Assembly (NCBI RefSeq): GCF_000026545.1
Contig: NC_011601.1
DNA from: Escherichia coli O127:H6 str. E2348/69
GTDB taxonomy: Bacteria > Pseudomonadota > Gammaproteobacteria > Enterobacterales > Enterobacteriaceae
Direction: 5' to 3' (one strand)
Length of the DNA: 64,000 nt
Below are positions 51,131-63,375 of this stretch, piece by piece (within the stretch, counting starts at the first letter, position 1; each line of letters opens with the position of its first letter). The notes beneath the pieces were generated by a model. That model did not search any database. It was not told the origin of the DNA and was given only the letters and a program-made list of their open reading frames with translations. Made by a program: the position numbers and the translations under genes.

Positions 51131-52180
51131 TTTACTCTCCTGCGGCGACAAATGTTGCATCGCCTGCGCGATACTACGTTCGATCACCGCACGGCGAGTA
51201 TCGTTGGCAGGTAAGAGTTTCAACATCATCTCCCACGCGGCAACGGCTTCGCCAAATCGTTGCTGCTCAAAGGCATTAAATGCATACATGCTTAACACAC
51301 GGATATTGCTATGGTCCGTTCTCACCAACTGGCGCAGCAGTTCGCCGCCGAGGCGGTTGTCGTTGGGATCAGATGAACGTGTCAACGCTTCAGCGTATCC
51401 CAGTGCAGCATCGCTGTTTTTCGGATCGAGGCGATACGCAGTGGCGTATGCATCGGTGGCGATACTGGCGTTACCCAGCGCCATGCCAACGCGGCCCAAC
51501 ATAATCCAGCCTTCTATATCTCCCGGATTTTTTTGCAGTTGAGTACGCATCCCCAGCGCAAGGCGCGACATCTCTTCTTCGTTGAGCGGATCGGCTTTCG
51601 GATCCAGCGCCCTGTCCAGTAACGCCGGAGCCTGTGCCGTGGCCTGCTGCCAGATTTTCACCTGCTGATAATTGCCAGTCTGGTAGTAGCTGACGCCAGC
51701 CACAATTAACGCCACCACAATACCCGGCAGATAAACAACATATCCGGCACGCTTACCTTCCGGCACGCTTTGTTCTGGAAACGCTTCCGGCACCACGCGT
51801 ACCCGACGCCGCGAACGGGCGTATATGGCCCAACCGCCAATGCCAATAGCCACTACTGGCAGCACCCACAGCAGCACGGTCAGCGGCGTTAACGGCGGAT
51901 CGTAAGTGACGAAGTTGCCGTAACGCGCCACCATATAATCGACAATCTCTTTCTTACTTTTGCCTTCCTGCATCAGTTCATACACTTTCTGGCGCAGGTC
52001 GGTGGCAATCATCGAGTTGGAATCGGCAATGCTGTTGTTCTGGCATTTCGGGCAGCGCAGTTCTTCAGTGAGCTGACGGAACTGTTGTTCCTGTGCTTCA
52101 TCTTTAAACTGCAACACGTCGATGGTCGCCAGCGCTGAGCCGGAGATCATCAGCATCAGCACGCCCAATAAAAACCTCAT
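51128..52180 (-). CDS. ccmH: CcmH, cytochrome c maturation protein (CcmH domain fused to TPR CcmI-like domain)
   Basis: 350 aa with the LRCPKCQNNSIADS redox motif, TM segments and C-terminal TPR repeats. Confidence 0.95.
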   Translation of the reverse strand: MRFLLGVLMLMISGSALATIDVLQFKDEAQEQQFRQLTEELRCPKCQNNSIADSNSMIATDLRQKVYELMQEGKSKKEIVDYMVARYGNFVTYDPPLTPLTVLLWVLPVVAIGIGGWAIYARSRRRVRVVPEAFPEQSVPEGKRAGYVVYLPGIVVALIVAGVSYYQTGNYQQVKIWQQATAQAPALLDRALDPKADPLNEEEMSRLALGMRTQLQKNPGDIEGWIMLGRVGMALGNASIATDAYATAYRLDPKNSDAALGYAEALTRSSDPNDNRLGGELLRQLVRTDHSNIRVLSMYAFNAFEQQRFGEAVAAWEMMLKLLPANDTRRAVIERSIAQAMQHLSPQESK

Positions 52181-52734
52181 TGTGCGGCCTCCTTACTGTA
52201 TTTCTCCCACAGTGGCTTGATCTCTTCTTCCCAGACGCGAGGATTGAGATCGCCCGCATGGCGATAGCGAATGATGCCGTTGCCGTCAATAAGGAACGTT
52301 TCTGGCGCGCCATAGACACCGAGATCCAGCCCTAACATGCCGTCGCCATCAAACAGGCTTAGCGCGTAAGGATTGCCCAGCTCTTTCAGCCAGCTGATTG
52401 CCTTCTGGCGATCGTCTTTATAGTTCATGCCGACCACGCGGATGCCCTGCGCAGAAAGCTGATTCAGATATTGATGTTCCGCACGGCAGGTCGGACACCA
52501 GGTCGCCCAGACGTTAAGCAGCACCGGTTTGCCCTGAGTCAGCACATCCGCCTGATAAAACTGCCCCGGATTGTCCAGTGATTCGAGGCGAAACTTCGGC
52601 ACTGGCTTGCCAATGAGCGCCGATTCCAGATTGGTCGGATCATCCCCTTCGGCATTACGCGCCAGCTGCCACAGCAGCGCCGCGGCAATCGCCAGGAAGA
52701 TAATCAACGGAATTAACAATACCTTGCGCTTCAT
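52177..52734 (-). CDS. ccmG: CcmG (DsbE), periplasmic thiol:disulfide oxidoreductase
   Basis: 185 aa with an N-terminal anchor and the thioredoxin motif WATWCPTC. Confidence 0.96.
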   Translation of the reverse strand: MKRKVLLIPLIIFLAIAAALLWQLARNAEGDDPTNLESALIGKPVPKFRLESLDNPGQFYQADVLTQGKPVLLNVWATWCPTCRAEHQYLNQLSAQGIRVVGMNYKDDRQKAISWLKELGNPYALSLFDGDGMLGLDLGVYGAPETFLIDGNGIIRYRHAGDLNPRVWEEEIKPLWEKYSKEAAQ

Positions 52735-54674
52735 GCAGCCTCCGGCGCAGTTTTCTGCGGGTTCACGCGCTTACGATAGCGAGGATCAAACAGACACAGC
52801 AGTCCGCCCAACGCCATCATCAGCCCGCCCGCCCAAATCCAGCGAACAAATGGTTTGTAGTAAAGACGCACGGCCCACGCGCCGTTTTCCAGCTCTTCAC
52901 CGAGCGCCGCGTACAGGTCACGCGTGATGCCACCGTCAATCGCCGCTTCGGTCATCATCGACCCGGCAGTGTTGTAATAACGTTTTTCTGCATACAGCAC
53001 TGTTTCCGGCTTGCCATCTCGCGTTACGCCGATAGTCGCCACACCGCCACGCCAGTTCGGACCAGTCACCTCTTTGACATCACGGAAAGTGAAGCGATAT
53101 TCATGAATATCGACGCTATCGCCGGACTTCATGCGCACATCACGCTCAACGCTATAGTTCTGACTAAAAGCAATGCCAACAATTGTCACTGCCAGCCCCA
53201 GGTGAGCCGCCACCATCCCCCAATAACTGAAGGTGGTTTTCGTGCCGCGTGAAATACGCAGCGCAGCTTCCGCAATTGCCAGCACCGCAATCCAGCAGGC
53301 CATTGCCAGGCCGAGCACCGTCATCGCCACAACTTTGCTTTCGAACAGCCACGGCAACAGCAGCGACAGCACCAGCGTAGAGATGAAGGCGATAATCAAC
53401 AAATTGCGGATTTTTCGTGGGCGATCGCGTCCCCAGCGCACCAGAGGGCCGACACCAAGCAGTAGCGCAAACGGCACCATCAGCCAGGTAAACATGGTGT
53501 TGAAGAACGGTTCGCCAATCGAAATACTGCCCAGTCCCAGTTGCTTGTGCACCAGCGGCAGCAACGTCCCCAGCAACACCACCAGCATCGCGGCGACCAG
53601 CAAAACATTGTTCGCTAACAGCAAAGATTCCCGCGACCACAGCGCATTGTTTACGCGTGAGCGAACTTTGTGTCCACGCGCGGCAAACAGCAGCAGCGAA
53701 CCGCCAATCACCAGCACCATAAAGGCGAGGATAAACATACCGCGCGCCGGATCAGACGCAAACGCGTGTACCGATACCAGCACGCCGGAACGCACCAGGA
53801 AAGTCCCCAGCAGACACAACGAGAAGGCACTGATTGCCAGCAGCAATGTCCACGCTTTGAAGCTGGCGCGTTGTTCAGTGACCGCCAGTGAGTGCATCAG
53901 CGCAGTCCCCACCAGCCACGGCATAAACGAGGCGTTTTCTACCGGATCCCAGAACCACCAGCCGCCCCAGCCGAGTTCGTAATAGGCCCATGCGGAACCG
54001 AGCACAATGCCGAGCGTCAGGAAGATCCACGCAGCCAGCGTCCACGGACGAGTAAAACGCGCATAAGTGCTGTCCAGACGCCCACTCAACAAAGATGCAA
54101 TGGCAAAAGCAAACGCCACCGAGAAACCGACGTACCCCATATAGAGCAGAGGCGGGTGGAAAATCAGCCCCGGATCCTGCAACAGTGGGTTAAGATCGCG
54201 CCCTTCAATCGGGAAATTCGGCAGCGTGCGTGAGAACGGGTTAGAGGTAAAGAGAATGAACAGCAAAAAGCCGACACTGACCATCCCCATTATCGCCAGT
54301 ACGCGGGCAACAATATCCAGCGGAATACGCTGACTAAAAATCGCTACCGCAAAGGTCCAGCCGCTCATCAGCAGCACCCACAGCAGGAGCGAGCCTTCAT
54401 GCGCGCCCCAGGTAGCCGCCACGCGATACCACACCGGAAGCTGGGTATTGGAGTTGCTGGCAACATAGGTGACGGTAAAGTCGTTGACCACGAAAGCATT
54501 GACCAGCACCAGAAATGCGCCAGCCACAGACATAAACAGCAGCCAGGCAAACAAGCGGGAAGACGCCATCATGCGCGCGTCCCCGCGCGCCACGCCCCAT
54601 AGCGGATACACAGACAGCAGCAGCGCAATTCCTAGCGCCAGACACAGCAGCCCGTTACCAATTTCTGGCATCAT
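52731..54674 (-). CDS. ccmF: CcmF, haem lyase subunit
   Basis: 647-aa polytopic ORF with the WWD motif [12 protein letters not shown]. Confidence 0.96.
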
Positions 54675-55150
54675 GATGCTGGGTCCTTATAAACACTCGC
54701 CGGGCGACGGTGGTTAGCTTCCATCGCTTTCTCAACTTCTGGCGGCGTATAGTTTTCATCATGTTTCGCCAGCACTTCTTTCGCGAGGATATGATTGCCT
54801 TTTTCCAGCTCGCCCTGCACCACAACGCCCTGCCCTTCACGGAACAGATCCGGCAAAATGCCTTCGTAAGAGACATCTACTGAACCTTCAGCATCGTAAA
54901 TGGTGAAAGTTACTTTTAGCGAATTGGGATCGCGCTGCACACTACCCGGCATCACCATCCCGCCAACGCGCAGACGCTGACCGACTTCCGGCATTTGCTG
55001 AGTTTCACGCTTGCCGTAGAGAATTTCCCCCGGCGTATAAAAGAGATCAATATTCGAGCGCAGCGCATATAGCACCAGACCGATAGTCAGCGCCAGCCCC
55101 GCCAGCACGGCACAGGCAATCCACAAGCGGTTTTTACGGCGAATATTCAT
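54671..55150 (-). CDS. ccmE: CcmE, periplasmic haem chaperone
   Basis: 159 aa with an N-terminal anchor and the haem-binding segment [12 protein letters not shown]. Confidence 0.96.
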
Positions 55151-55356
55151 GCAGCCTCCTGCTGTTGCGCAGCACGTAAACGCGCCTCACGCGCCCGCTG
55201 TTGCGCCACGCCACGCAGAATTGCACGATGCTGCATCACCGAGTGCACGACTAAAACCACCAGCGGAATAACGGTCATCACCACCGCCAGCCAGACAAAA
55301 AAGGCGTAACCGCCCATTGCGAAAAATTCATTCCAGGAAGCAAATGCAGGGGTCAT
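55147..55356 (-). CDS. ccmD: CcmD, small haem-exporter membrane protein
   Basis: 69 aa with a single TM helix. Translationally coupled on both sides by ATGA overlaps. Confidence 0.92.
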
Positions 55357-56090
55357 TTACGGCCTCTTTTCAGTATCAGTTCACTCACCCACGGACGGCG
55401 TTTTTCCATCAGCAAAATCAAATTACGCATCCGCATCAGCGTCAGCGTGGCAGACAGGAGCAGGAAGCCAAAAATCGACCAGCGCAGCGGCGAACGCATC
55501 GCCGGATCGATACTTTGCTGCATCCGCGTTGATCCCTGATGCAGGGTGTTCCACCACTCAACGGAGTAATGAATAATCGGCAGATTCACCACGCCAATCA
55601 GCACCAGGATACCTGCCGCACGGCCAGCCAGACGACGGTCGTCGAAGGCGTGCCACAGGGCAATGACACCAACATACAGAAACAGCAGCACCAGTTCAGA
55701 AGTCAGACGTGCATCCCATACCCACCAGGTGCCCCACATCGGTTTTCCCCATGCAGAGCCGGTAACCAGGGCAATAAAGGTAAACACGGCACCAATGGGG
55801 GCCATCGCCGCCACCGCCAGGTTGGCCATTTTCATCTGCCAGACCAGGCCAATAAACGCTGCCACCGCCATTGATGCATAAATGCCCATCGACCAGATCG
55901 CCGCAGGCACATGCAGGTAGATAATGCGGTAGCTATTTCCCTGCTGATAATCAGCCGGAGCAAAGCCGACCCCCCAGATCCAGCCGACGGTAAGCACGAC
56001 CACACTGGCAATTGCCAGCCACGGTATAAACCAGCCACAGATTTGATACAGCCGTGGTGGGATCGCCAGTTGATGCAGTGTTTTCCACAT
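55353..56090 (-). CDS. ccmC: CcmC, haem exporter / haem delivery protein
   Basis: 245 aa from ATG 56090 (MWKTLHQLAIPPRLYQICGWF...) with the WWD motif WGTWWVWDARLT. The track ORF has 8 extra codons. Confidence 0.95.
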   Translation of the reverse strand: MWKTLHQLAIPPRLYQICGWFIPWLAIASVVVLTVGWIWGVGFAPADYQQGNSYRIIYLHVPAAIWSMGIYASMAVAAFIGLVWQMKMANLAVAAMAPIGAVFTFIALVTGSAWGKPMWGTWWVWDARLTSELVLLFLYVGVIALWHAFDDRRLAGRAAGILVLIGVVNLPIIHYSVEWWNTLHQGSTRMQQSIDPAMRSPLRWSIFGFLLLSATLTLMRMRNLILLMEKRRPWVSELILKRGRK

Positions 56091-56131
56091 AGTTTCGATA
56101 CCAGACTCGAACAAAAATCAGTAATCCAGCG

Positions 56132-56794
56132 TTATTGAATGCTGATTCGTAACGCTGCCGCCATCGCAAAAGGACTTAATGTCGCGGTGCCTGCCAGCAA
56201 CGCGCCTAAAATTGCCAGATACCCATCAACGGGCAAATGCATAGAAGCCGCGTCCATCGCGGCGGTGGCAAAGATGAGTAATGGGATAGTCAGCGGTAAC
56301 ACCAGTATGCTGAGCAGCACACCACCGCGCTTAAGTCCCACTGTCAGCGCCACGCCCGGCGCACCAAGAAAGCCAAGCGTAGGGGTTCCCAGCAGTAGCG
56401 TTAACGCCATCACTTGCCAGCCATAAACATCCATTCCCAGTAGCATTGCTACCAGGGGCGAAAGGATGAGTAACGGCAGACCGGTTACCATCCAGTGCGC
56501 CATCACCTTCGCCAGCACAACGGCGGGCAAGGGTAACGGCAACAACATCAATTGTTCAAGACTGCCGTCCTGCAAATCGTCACGGAACAGTCGCTCGAGT
56601 GCCAGCAAGGATGAAAGCAGCGCGGCAACCCAGATAATGCCCGGCGCAATACGCGCCAGCAGTTGCGGCTCCGGACCGATACTGAGCGGAAAAAGGGTAA
56701 TTACAATCAGGAAGAACCACAGCGGGTTGGCGATTTCGGCGCTATGGCGAAACGCTACGCGCAGCTCAAGACGGAAAATGCGCCAGAACATCAT
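56132..56794 (-). CDS. ccmB: CcmB, haem exporter membrane subunit
   Basis: 220-aa polytopic ORF downstream of ccmA, with a 4-nt overlap. Confidence 0.95.
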   Translation of the reverse strand: MMFWRIFRLELRVAFRHSAEIANPLWFFLIVITLFPLSIGPEPQLLARIAPGIIWVAALLSSLLALERLFRDDLQDGSLEQLMLLPLPLPAVVLAKVMAHWMVTGLPLLILSPLVAMLLGMDVYGWQVMALTLLLGTPTLGFLGAPGVALTVGLKRGGVLLSILVLPLTIPLLIFATAAMDAASMHLPVDGYLAILGALLAGTATLSPFAMAAALRISIQ

Positions 56795-57414
56795 GCGGCC
56801 CCCGTTTGCGTCAGTGAAATGCGGCGAATTTTACTTTCAGCAACGTTGAGCGGCTGGTGGGTAGTCAGAATCACAATCCCCCCCTGCTCCGTATGCTGCG
56901 CCATACGCTGGGTCAGACGATCGACGCCGTTAACGTCAATCGCGGTAAAAGGCTCGTCGAGTATCCATAACGTGGCACGGGTCAACCACAGACGCGCTAA
57001 AGCGACGCGGCGTTGTTGCCCGGCAGAAAGTTGATTTACCGGAATATCTTCGAATCCGGCAAGCCCGGCCTGCGCCAGGGCTTCCAGACATTGTGCGGTA
57101 TCGCCATCGCGATGATAAAAGTGCAGATTTTCTAACGCCGTCAGCCGGGTTTTGATCCCCGGCTGATGGCCTATCCATAACAGGTTTTGATGGTAGCTGT
57201 CGCGTACCTGATGCAAGGGCTGCCCTTGCCAGAGAACCTCGCCTGCGTCAGGGCGAGACAACCCCGTCAGCAAACGGAGAAGCGTTGTCTTCCCCGCGCC
57301 GTTGCTACCGGTGATTTGTACCCACTCTCCTGCGTTCAGCGTAAATGATAAACCACTAAATAAGGTTCGTTCATCCCGCTCGCAAAGTAACTCTCTGGCT
57401 TCAAGCATACCCAC
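56791..57414 (-). CDS. ccmA: CcmA, haem exporter ABC ATPase
   Basis: 207 aa with a GTG start. Walker [10 protein letters not shown], signature LSAGQQRR, Walker B LWILDEP. Confidence 0.95.
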   Translation of the reverse strand: MGMLEARELLCERDERTLFSGLSFTLNAGEWVQITGSNGAGKTTLLRLLTGLSRPDAGEVLWQGQPLHQVRDSYHQNLLWIGHQPGIKTRLTALENLHFYHRDGDTAQCLEALAQAGLAGFEDIPVNQLSAGQQRRVALARLWLTRATLWILDEPFTAIDVNGVDRLTQRMAQHTEQGGIVILTTHQPLNVAESKIRRISLTQTGAA

Positions 57415-57426
57415 GCAATAACCCTG

Positions 57427-58029
57427 TTAAAAACCTGGCTCGACTTCACGCATGTCGGGCAGCTTGTGCGCTATCCCTTTATGGCAATCAATACAGGTTT
57501 GCCCATCTTTCACCGCCTGGTCATGCATCTTCGCGGCAACCGATTTCTGGGCGGTTGTATCCATATACTCGAAGTTGTGACAGTTACGGCACTCCTGCGA
57601 GTTGTTGTCCTTCATGCGCCGCCACTCATTCTGTGCCATCGTCAGGCGATGAGCTTCAAATTTCTGCGGCGTGTCAATAACGCCAAAAATTTTACCATAC
57701 AGCTCTTTACTTGCTTTGAGCTTGCGTATCATCTTTGGCACAAACTCGTGCGGAACGTGACAATCCGGACAGGTCGCACGGACGCCGCTACGGTTGTTGT
57801 AGTGCACGGAATCCATGTATTCCTGATACACCGTGTTACGCATTTCGTGGCAGCTAATGCAGAACTCTTCGGTATTGGCTTTTTCCATCCCGGTGTTAAA
57901 GCCGCCCCAGAAGACGATGCCGCCGACAAAACCGATCAACAGCAGCGTCCCTAGCGCCAGACGGCTGGGGGTACGCCACCATTTCCACAGGCGCTTAATC
58001 AGACCAGGCTTACGGTCAGAATTTCCCAT
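57427..58029 (-). CDS. napC: NapC, membrane-anchored tetrahaem quinol dehydrogenase (NapC/NirT family)
   Basis: 200 aa with four CxxCH motifs (CISCH, CPDCH, CRNCH, CIDCH) and an N-terminal TM helix. Confidence 0.96.
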   Translation of the reverse strand: MGNSDRKPGLIKRLWKWWRTPSRLALGTLLLIGFVGGIVFWGGFNTGMEKANTEEFCISCHEMRNTVYQEYMDSVHYNNRSGVRATCPDCHVPHEFVPKMIRKLKASKELYGKIFGVIDTPQKFEAHRLTMAQNEWRRMKDNNSQECRNCHNFEYMDTTAQKSVAAKMHDQAVKDGQTCIDCHKGIAHKLPDMREVEPGF

Positions 58030-58038
58030 AATAACCTC

Positions 58039-58488
58039 TTATTTCCCGTAACCTTTTGATGGGGTAAAGGTATTCCCCACGATTGGCGCGGTATCGGCCT
58101 GCGGTACGTGACATTGCAGACAGAAATAACGACGCGGAGCCACTTCCGCGCCCACTTTGCCGTCGCTGTCCATAAAGTGAGTAGGACTAATGCGCGGCGC
58201 GCCAGTGGTGCGATAACTTTCGACACCGTGGCACTGCAAGCAGCGGTTGGTATTGGTCGTTACCTGATAACCTTCAACGCTATGCGGGATCATTGGCGGC
58301 TGATTCACATAGTTCAGCGGCATCCGATCCTGCTCTTTTGGCATCCGAATGGCCCCTTCCTGCGTCCCGGATACTTCCGGCGACTGGCTAAAATCGACGC
58401 CATTAGCCGCCCAAACCGCGCCGCTTACCACCAGGGCCAGCATCGCCGTCCATTGACACAGCGCTTTCTTCAGGTCATGGCTTTTCAT
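58039..58488 (-). CDS. napB: NapB, dihaem cytochrome c subunit of periplasmic nitrate reductase
   Basis: 149 aa from ATG 58488 ([27 protein letters not shown] signal peptide) with two CLQCH motifs. Confidence 0.95.
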   Translation of the reverse strand: MKSHDLKKALCQWTAMLALVVSGAVWAANGVDFSQSPEVSGTQEGAIRMPKEQDRMPLNYVNQPPMIPHSVEGYQVTTNTNRCLQCHGVESYRTTGAPRISPTHFMDSDGKVGAEVAPRRYFCLQCHVPQADTAPIVGNTFTPSKGYGK

Positions 58489-59348
58489 GATTTCGCTCCC
58501 GAACTCCATCGTGTAGTTATTGTAAATACATCCTCAGAACAGACATCCACGCAGCGACCGCACGTCATGCAATCGCGGCTGGTGACCTGCACCGGGCTTT
58601 GTTCATCCAGCACCGGGGCACGTAGCACATGCGGTTCCGGGCAAACATGAAAACAATCCATACAGCGGTTACATTTCTGCCGATCGGTGGCCGCAACGGT
58701 AATCACACCTTTGCTACCCAGCACGCCATACAGTGCACCAACCGGACAAATGTGCCCGCACCAGCCGTGTTCAACGACCAGTAGATCAAATAAAAACAGC
58801 GCGAGAATAAGCAGCGCGCCGCTGCCGAAGCCCATTACCAGGCTACGCCCCATCAGAGAAACGGGGTTGATCCATTCCCAGATGAGCGTGCCAGTTAAGG
58901 CCGATCCCACCAGAATGACCACCAACAGCACGTAGCGAATATGGCGAGGGATCGTCGCAGACTGATTGAGGTCAAATCGTCTGCGTAACCAATTTGCTAA
59001 GTCGGTAATCGGGTTCAGCGGACAGACCCAGCTGCAAAATAATCGCTTTCCTGCCAGGGCGTAGAGCACGGTGATAATCACCGCACCGGTCAACGCCACC
59101 GTGGCAGGCAGATGACCGCTGGCAAGACTTTGCAGTGTCATCAGCGGATCGGTCAGTGGAACGGTGTCGAATAACAGGCTACTGCTGTAGTTGCCGTGCA
59201 AGATCCACACACCAAACCACGGACCGCTCAAAAACATCCCCAGCACGAAGAACTGACAAAGGCGACGTAACACTAACCAACGGTGACTGCGCCACCAGCC
59301 TTTTTTCTCCAGCGCCTCGCGCCCGGCGTCACGTTTACGATTTGCCAT
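58485..59348 (-). CDS. napH: NapH, membrane ferredoxin-type quinol dehydrogenase subunit
   Basis: 287 aa with four TM helices, two CxxxCP motifs and C-terminal clusters [12 protein letters not shown] and [12 protein letters not shown]. Confidence 0.95.
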
Positions 59349-60030
59349 TGTTCCCCTCCAGCCAGCCGAAGCGGTAATGGTGACCTAACTCCCCTTTCGC
59401 CAGTGACAGCGGTAACACCTTGATTGCCGGTTGTTCCAGCACGCACACTTTTTCGCACTTACCGCAGCCGGTACAGGCGTCGCTGTGAACCGTCGGCAGA
59501 AAGCGGGCGTGCTTACCGGTTCGCGTGTTGCGCTCCAGCTCCAGGGTGATGGCCTCATCAATTTTCGGGCATTCGCGATAACAAACATCGCAGCGCAGCC
59601 CCTGAAAGTTGAGACAGTTTTCCTGGTCCACCAGTACCGCCAGCCCCATCCGCGCGTCGTCGATCGATTCGATCTCACGATCCAGCGCACCGCTCGGGCA
59701 CACTTTGGCGCACGGAATGTCCTCACACATTTCGCAAGGAATATCCCGTGCGACAAAATATGGCGTGCCCGCCGACAGACCAGAGGCCAGCGTCGCCAGT
59801 TTTAAGGTGTCGTAAGGGCAAGCCTGAACACACTGACCGCAACGCACACAGGCACTGGCAAAGGCGTTCTCGTTTATGGCTCCGGGCGGGCGCAACCGCA
59901 CACCAGATGCGCGTGCGGTTTGCTGTTGTAACCCCAGCGCCACACCCACGGCAGCCAGCCCGCCTGCTGTGCGAACGACATCGCGCAGAAAGCGGCGGCG
60001 ACCATTTTGAGGTTTCGCTGACCGGGACAT
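59335..60030 (-). CDS. napG: NapG, periplasmic 4x[4Fe-4S] ferredoxin-type subunit
   Basis: 231 aa with a Tat signal ([11 protein letters not shown]...) and four CxxCxxCxxxCP-type clusters. Confidence 0.95.
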
Positions 60031-60036
60031 AATGGC

Positions 60037-62523
60037 TTACACCTTCTCCAGTTTGACCGCGCACTTCTTGAAGTCCGTCTCTTTCGAGAGCGGATCGGTC
60101 GCATCCAGCGTCAGTTTGTTAACCAGCTGTGCGGCGTCGAAGAACGGCATGTACACCAGGCCCTGCGGCGGACGGTTACGACCGCGCGTTTCGACAATCG
60201 AGATCACTTCGCCACGGCGAGAAACCACTTTCACTTTGTCGCCACGGCGCAGATCGCGCGCTTTCGCATCCAGCGGGTGAATAAACAGAACCGCTTCCGG
60301 GAAGGCGCGGTGCAGTTCCGGTACACGGCGAGTCATACTGCCGGTATGCCAGTGCTCCAGGACGCGTCCGGTAGAGAGCCACAGGTCGTACTCTTCATCC
60401 GGTGCTTCCGCCGCAGGTTCGAACGGCAGCGCGAAGATCACCGCTTTGCCATCCGGTTTACCGTAGAACTTGTAGCCTTCGCCCGCTTTCACGTACGGGT
60501 CGTTACCTTCGCTGTAACGCCACTGCGTTTCTTTACCGTTCACCACCGGCCAGCGCAGACCGCGTGCTTTGTGGTAGTCATCGAACGGCGCGAGATCGTG
60601 ACCGTGACCGCGACCAAACCATGCGTACTCTTCGAACAGCCCTTTTTGCAGATAGAAGCCCAGCTCGTGGGATTCATCGTTCAGCTGATCTTCCGCCAGT
60701 TCGGATAGCGGGAATTTGCTCACTTCCGGGGTGGCATACAGAACTTCGTACAGCGTTTTGCCACGCAGTTCCGGTTTCTTCGCCAGCAGCTCTTCCGGCC
60801 ATACTTCTTCAGTTTTGAAGCGGCGGGAGAACTGGACTAACTGCCAGAGATCCGATTTCGCTTCGCCCGGTGCCTGTACCTGCTGACGCCAGAACTGAGT
60901 ACGGCGTTCGGCATTACCGTAAGCGCCCTCTTTCTCTACCCACATTGCGGTCGGCAGGATCAAGTCCGCTGCCAGCGCACTGACCGTCGGATACGGATCG
61001 GAAACGATGATAAAGTTGCGCGGATCGCGCCAGCCCGGCATACGCTCTTCATTAATGTTCGGTCCGGCCTGCATGTTATTGGTACACATGGTCCAGTAAA
61101 CATTCAGTTTGCCGTCTTTCAGCGCACGGTCTTGTGCCACCGCGTGCAGACCGATTTTCGCCGGAATGGTGCCACTCGGGATATTCCACTTCTTCTCGCA
61201 AATATCACGATGTTTCTCGTTAGTCACCACCATGTCCGCAGGCAGACGGTGAGCAAAGGTGCCCACTTCACGCGCAGTACCACACGCGGAAGGCTGCCCG
61301 GTCAGGGAGAACGGACCGCAACCCGGCTGGGAAATTTTGCCGGTCAGCAGGTGCAGGTTGTAGACCAGGTTGTTGGCCCACACACCACGGGTATGCTGGT
61401 TGAAGCCCATCGTCCAGTAGGAGATGACTTTCTTGTTCGGATCGGCATACAGCTGCGCCAGTTGTTCTAACTGGTCTTTCGGCACGCCGGTCATTTCGGC
61501 GGTTTTTTCCAGCGTATATTCAGCAACGAAGGCTTTGTAATCTTCAAAGCTCATCGGTTCGGAGGCGTCAGAACCCGGATTCTTAGCTGCTTTTTCCAGC
61601 GGATGGGTCGGACGTAAACCGTAGCCGATGTCCGTCGCCCCTTTGCGCAGGTTAACGTGTTTGCTGAAGAAGTCCTGATTTATCGCATTGTTTTGAATGA
61701 TATAGTTGGCGATATAGTTCAGGATCACCAGGTCAGATTGCGGCGTAAAGATGATGCCGTTATCCGCCAGCTCGAAGCTACGATGCTGGTAGGTAGAAAG
61801 CACCGCCACGGTGACGTTCTGGTTAGAAAGACGACGGTTAGTGATGCGCGACCAGAGGATCGGGTGCATCTCCGCCATGTTGGAGCCCCACAGCACAAAC
61901 GCGTCAGCCTGCTCGATGTCGTCGTAGCAGCCCATCGGCTCATCCATACCAAAGGTACGCATAAAGCCAACGACCGCTGACGCCATACAGTGACGCGCGT
62001 TCGGGTCGATGTTGTTAGAACGGAAGCCCGCTTTGAACAACTTGGACGCGGCATAACCTTCCCAGATAGTCCACTGACCAGAACCGAACATACCGATCGA
62101 TTCCGGCCCTTTTTCTTTCAGGGCGGTTTTGAATTTCTCTTCCATCACATCGAAGGCCTGATCCCAGGTGATTGGGGTAAATTCGCCTTCTTTGTCATAT
62201 TTACCGTTTTTCATACGCAGCAGCGGCTGCGTCAAACGGTCTTTACCGTACATGATTTTGGGCAGGAAATAGCCCTTAATGCAGTTCAGGCCACGGTTAA
62301 CCGGTGCGTCCGGGTCGCCCTGACAGGCCACCACACGCCCCTGCTGCGTTCCGACCAGAACGCCGCAACCCGTACCGCAGAAACGGCACGGCGCTTTATC
62401 CCATTTAATGGCTTCCTGCTGACCAACAACGGCGCGGGCAACGCCCGGCACGCTGAGACCGGCAGCCGCCGCAGCGGCCGCAACGGCGTTAGCTTTCATA
62501 AAGCTACGACGACTGAGTTTCAT
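60037..62523 (-). CDS. napA: NapA, periplasmic nitrate reductase catalytic subunit (Mo-bisMGD, [4Fe-4S])
   Basis: 828 aa with Tat signal [31 protein letters not shown] and the N-terminal cluster CRFCGTGCG. Confidence 0.97.
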   Translation of the reverse strand: MKLSRRSFMKANAVAAAAAAAGLSVPGVARAVVGQQEAIKWDKAPCRFCGTGCGVLVGTQQGRVVACQGDPDAPVNRGLNCIKGYFLPKIMYGKDRLTQPLLRMKNGKYDKEGEFTPITWDQAFDVMEEKFKTALKEKGPESIGMFGSGQWTIWEGYAASKLFKAGFRSNNIDPNARHCMASAVVGFMRTFGMDEPMGCYDDIEQADAFVLWGSNMAEMHPILWSRITNRRLSNQNVTVAVLSTYQHRSFELADNGIIFTPQSDLVILNYIANYIIQNNAINQDFFSKHVNLRKGATDIGYGLRPTHPLEKAAKNPGSDASEPMSFEDYKAFVAEYTLEKTAEMTGVPKDQLEQLAQLYADPNKKVISYWTMGFNQHTRGVWANNLVYNLHLLTGKISQPGCGPFSLTGQPSACGTAREVGTFAHRLPADMVVTNEKHRDICEKKWNIPSGTIPAKIGLHAVAQDRALKDGKLNVYWTMCTNNMQAGPNINEERMPGWRDPRNFIIVSDPYPTVSALAADLILPTAMWVEKEGAYGNAERRTQFWRQQVQAPGEAKSDLWQLVQFSRRFKTEEVWPEELLAKKPELRGKTLYEVLYATPEVSKFPLSELAEDQLNDESHELGFYLQKGLFEEYAWFGRGHGHDLAPFDDYHKARGLRWPVVNGKETQWRYSEGNDPYVKAGEGYKFYGKPDGKAVIFALPFEPAAEAPDEEYDLWLSTGRVLEHWHTGSMTRRVPELHRAFPEAVLFIHPLDAKARDLRRGDKVKVVSRRGEVISIVETRGRNRPPQGLVYMPFFDAAQLVNKLTLDATDPLSKETDFKKCAVKLEKV

Positions 62524-62783
62524 GGTGTTTCCTCACCTTGCTCTTCCTGCTGGTGATAAACCAGCGACACCGCCAGCACGCCCTCTACGTTGCGTACTGA
62601 CTCAATGGTTTGGATCAGCGTTTCGCTGTCTTCTGCTTCCACCACCACAATCAACTGACCGCTCGGCGCGTCGCTGACAGCAACTTCACAGCCGGTAAAG
62701 GCGTTCAGTTGGGTGCTGATGTCTGAAATTCGTTCGCTTTTGGCCTGCACGACCAGGCTGCAAACTTGCCAGTTAGTGTGCAT
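62520..62783 (-). CDS. napD: NapD, NapA signal-peptide-binding chaperone
   Basis: 87 aa. ATGA overlap with napA and an 11-nt overlap with napF. Confidence 0.93.
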   Translation of the reverse strand: MHTNWQVCSLVVQAKSERISDISTQLNAFTGCEVAVSDAPSGQLIVVVEAEDSETLIQTIESVRNVEGVLAVSLVYHQQEEQGEETP

Positions 62784-63267
62784 GGAGATACTCCGCAGTT
62801 ATGGCTGATACCGGACAGCTGGCTGCACATGCTCCACATCCGTTGCAAAGTTGGCTATTAAGTTGCGGCTGGTAGATCCCGGAGAGCGTCGGGCGAAAGA
62901 TAATTGCCATTGGCTCACAGCTATCCTGACAGCGGCGGCATTCAACTGTTTGATACGCCAGGCACGCGTCCCCAATGGTGAACTGCAAATCCCAGGCCCT
63001 GGTGTGGCGCGGAGAAAATAGCGATTCGGGGCAAGCCTGCGCGCAGGCGTAACAGAAGCTGCACTCGTTATTTTTGAAATTAACGCTCGGATAGCCACCC
63101 GCGCCGCGTTGCAGAATGTTGTTTTCACAAGCATTAATACAGGCGTCGCAGCGAGTGCAATGGGTCAGAAAATGAGATTCATCACCGGACCAGGGCGGAC
63201 GGATACCGTTACTGGCTTTGCGCCAGCGACCAGTGAGTATGCCCCGACGAGATGCATCAATCTTCAC
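62773..63267 (-). CDS. napF: NapF, cytoplasmic ferredoxin-type Fe-S protein
   Basis: 164 aa with a GTG start (M)KIDASRRGILTGRW and several Cys clusters (CTRCDACINAC, CSFCYACAQAC, CNGCGACAASC). Confidence 0.94.
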   Translation of the reverse strand: MKIDASRRGILTGRWRKASNGIRPPWSGDESHFLTHCTRCDACINACENNILQRGAGGYPSVNFKNNECSFCYACAQACPESLFSPRHTRAWDLQFTIGDACLAYQTVECRRCQDSCEPMAIIFRPTLSGIYQPQLNSQLCNGCGACAASCPVSAITAEYLHAH

Positions 63268-63375
63268 ATTGACCTTCCATCATTAACGCGCTCTGAAAAT
63301 TGAGAGCGACCAAATAAACCGCATAATTAATAAGCCATTTTTATAGCCGCTAAGATATTAAAGGATGTGTCAAAG

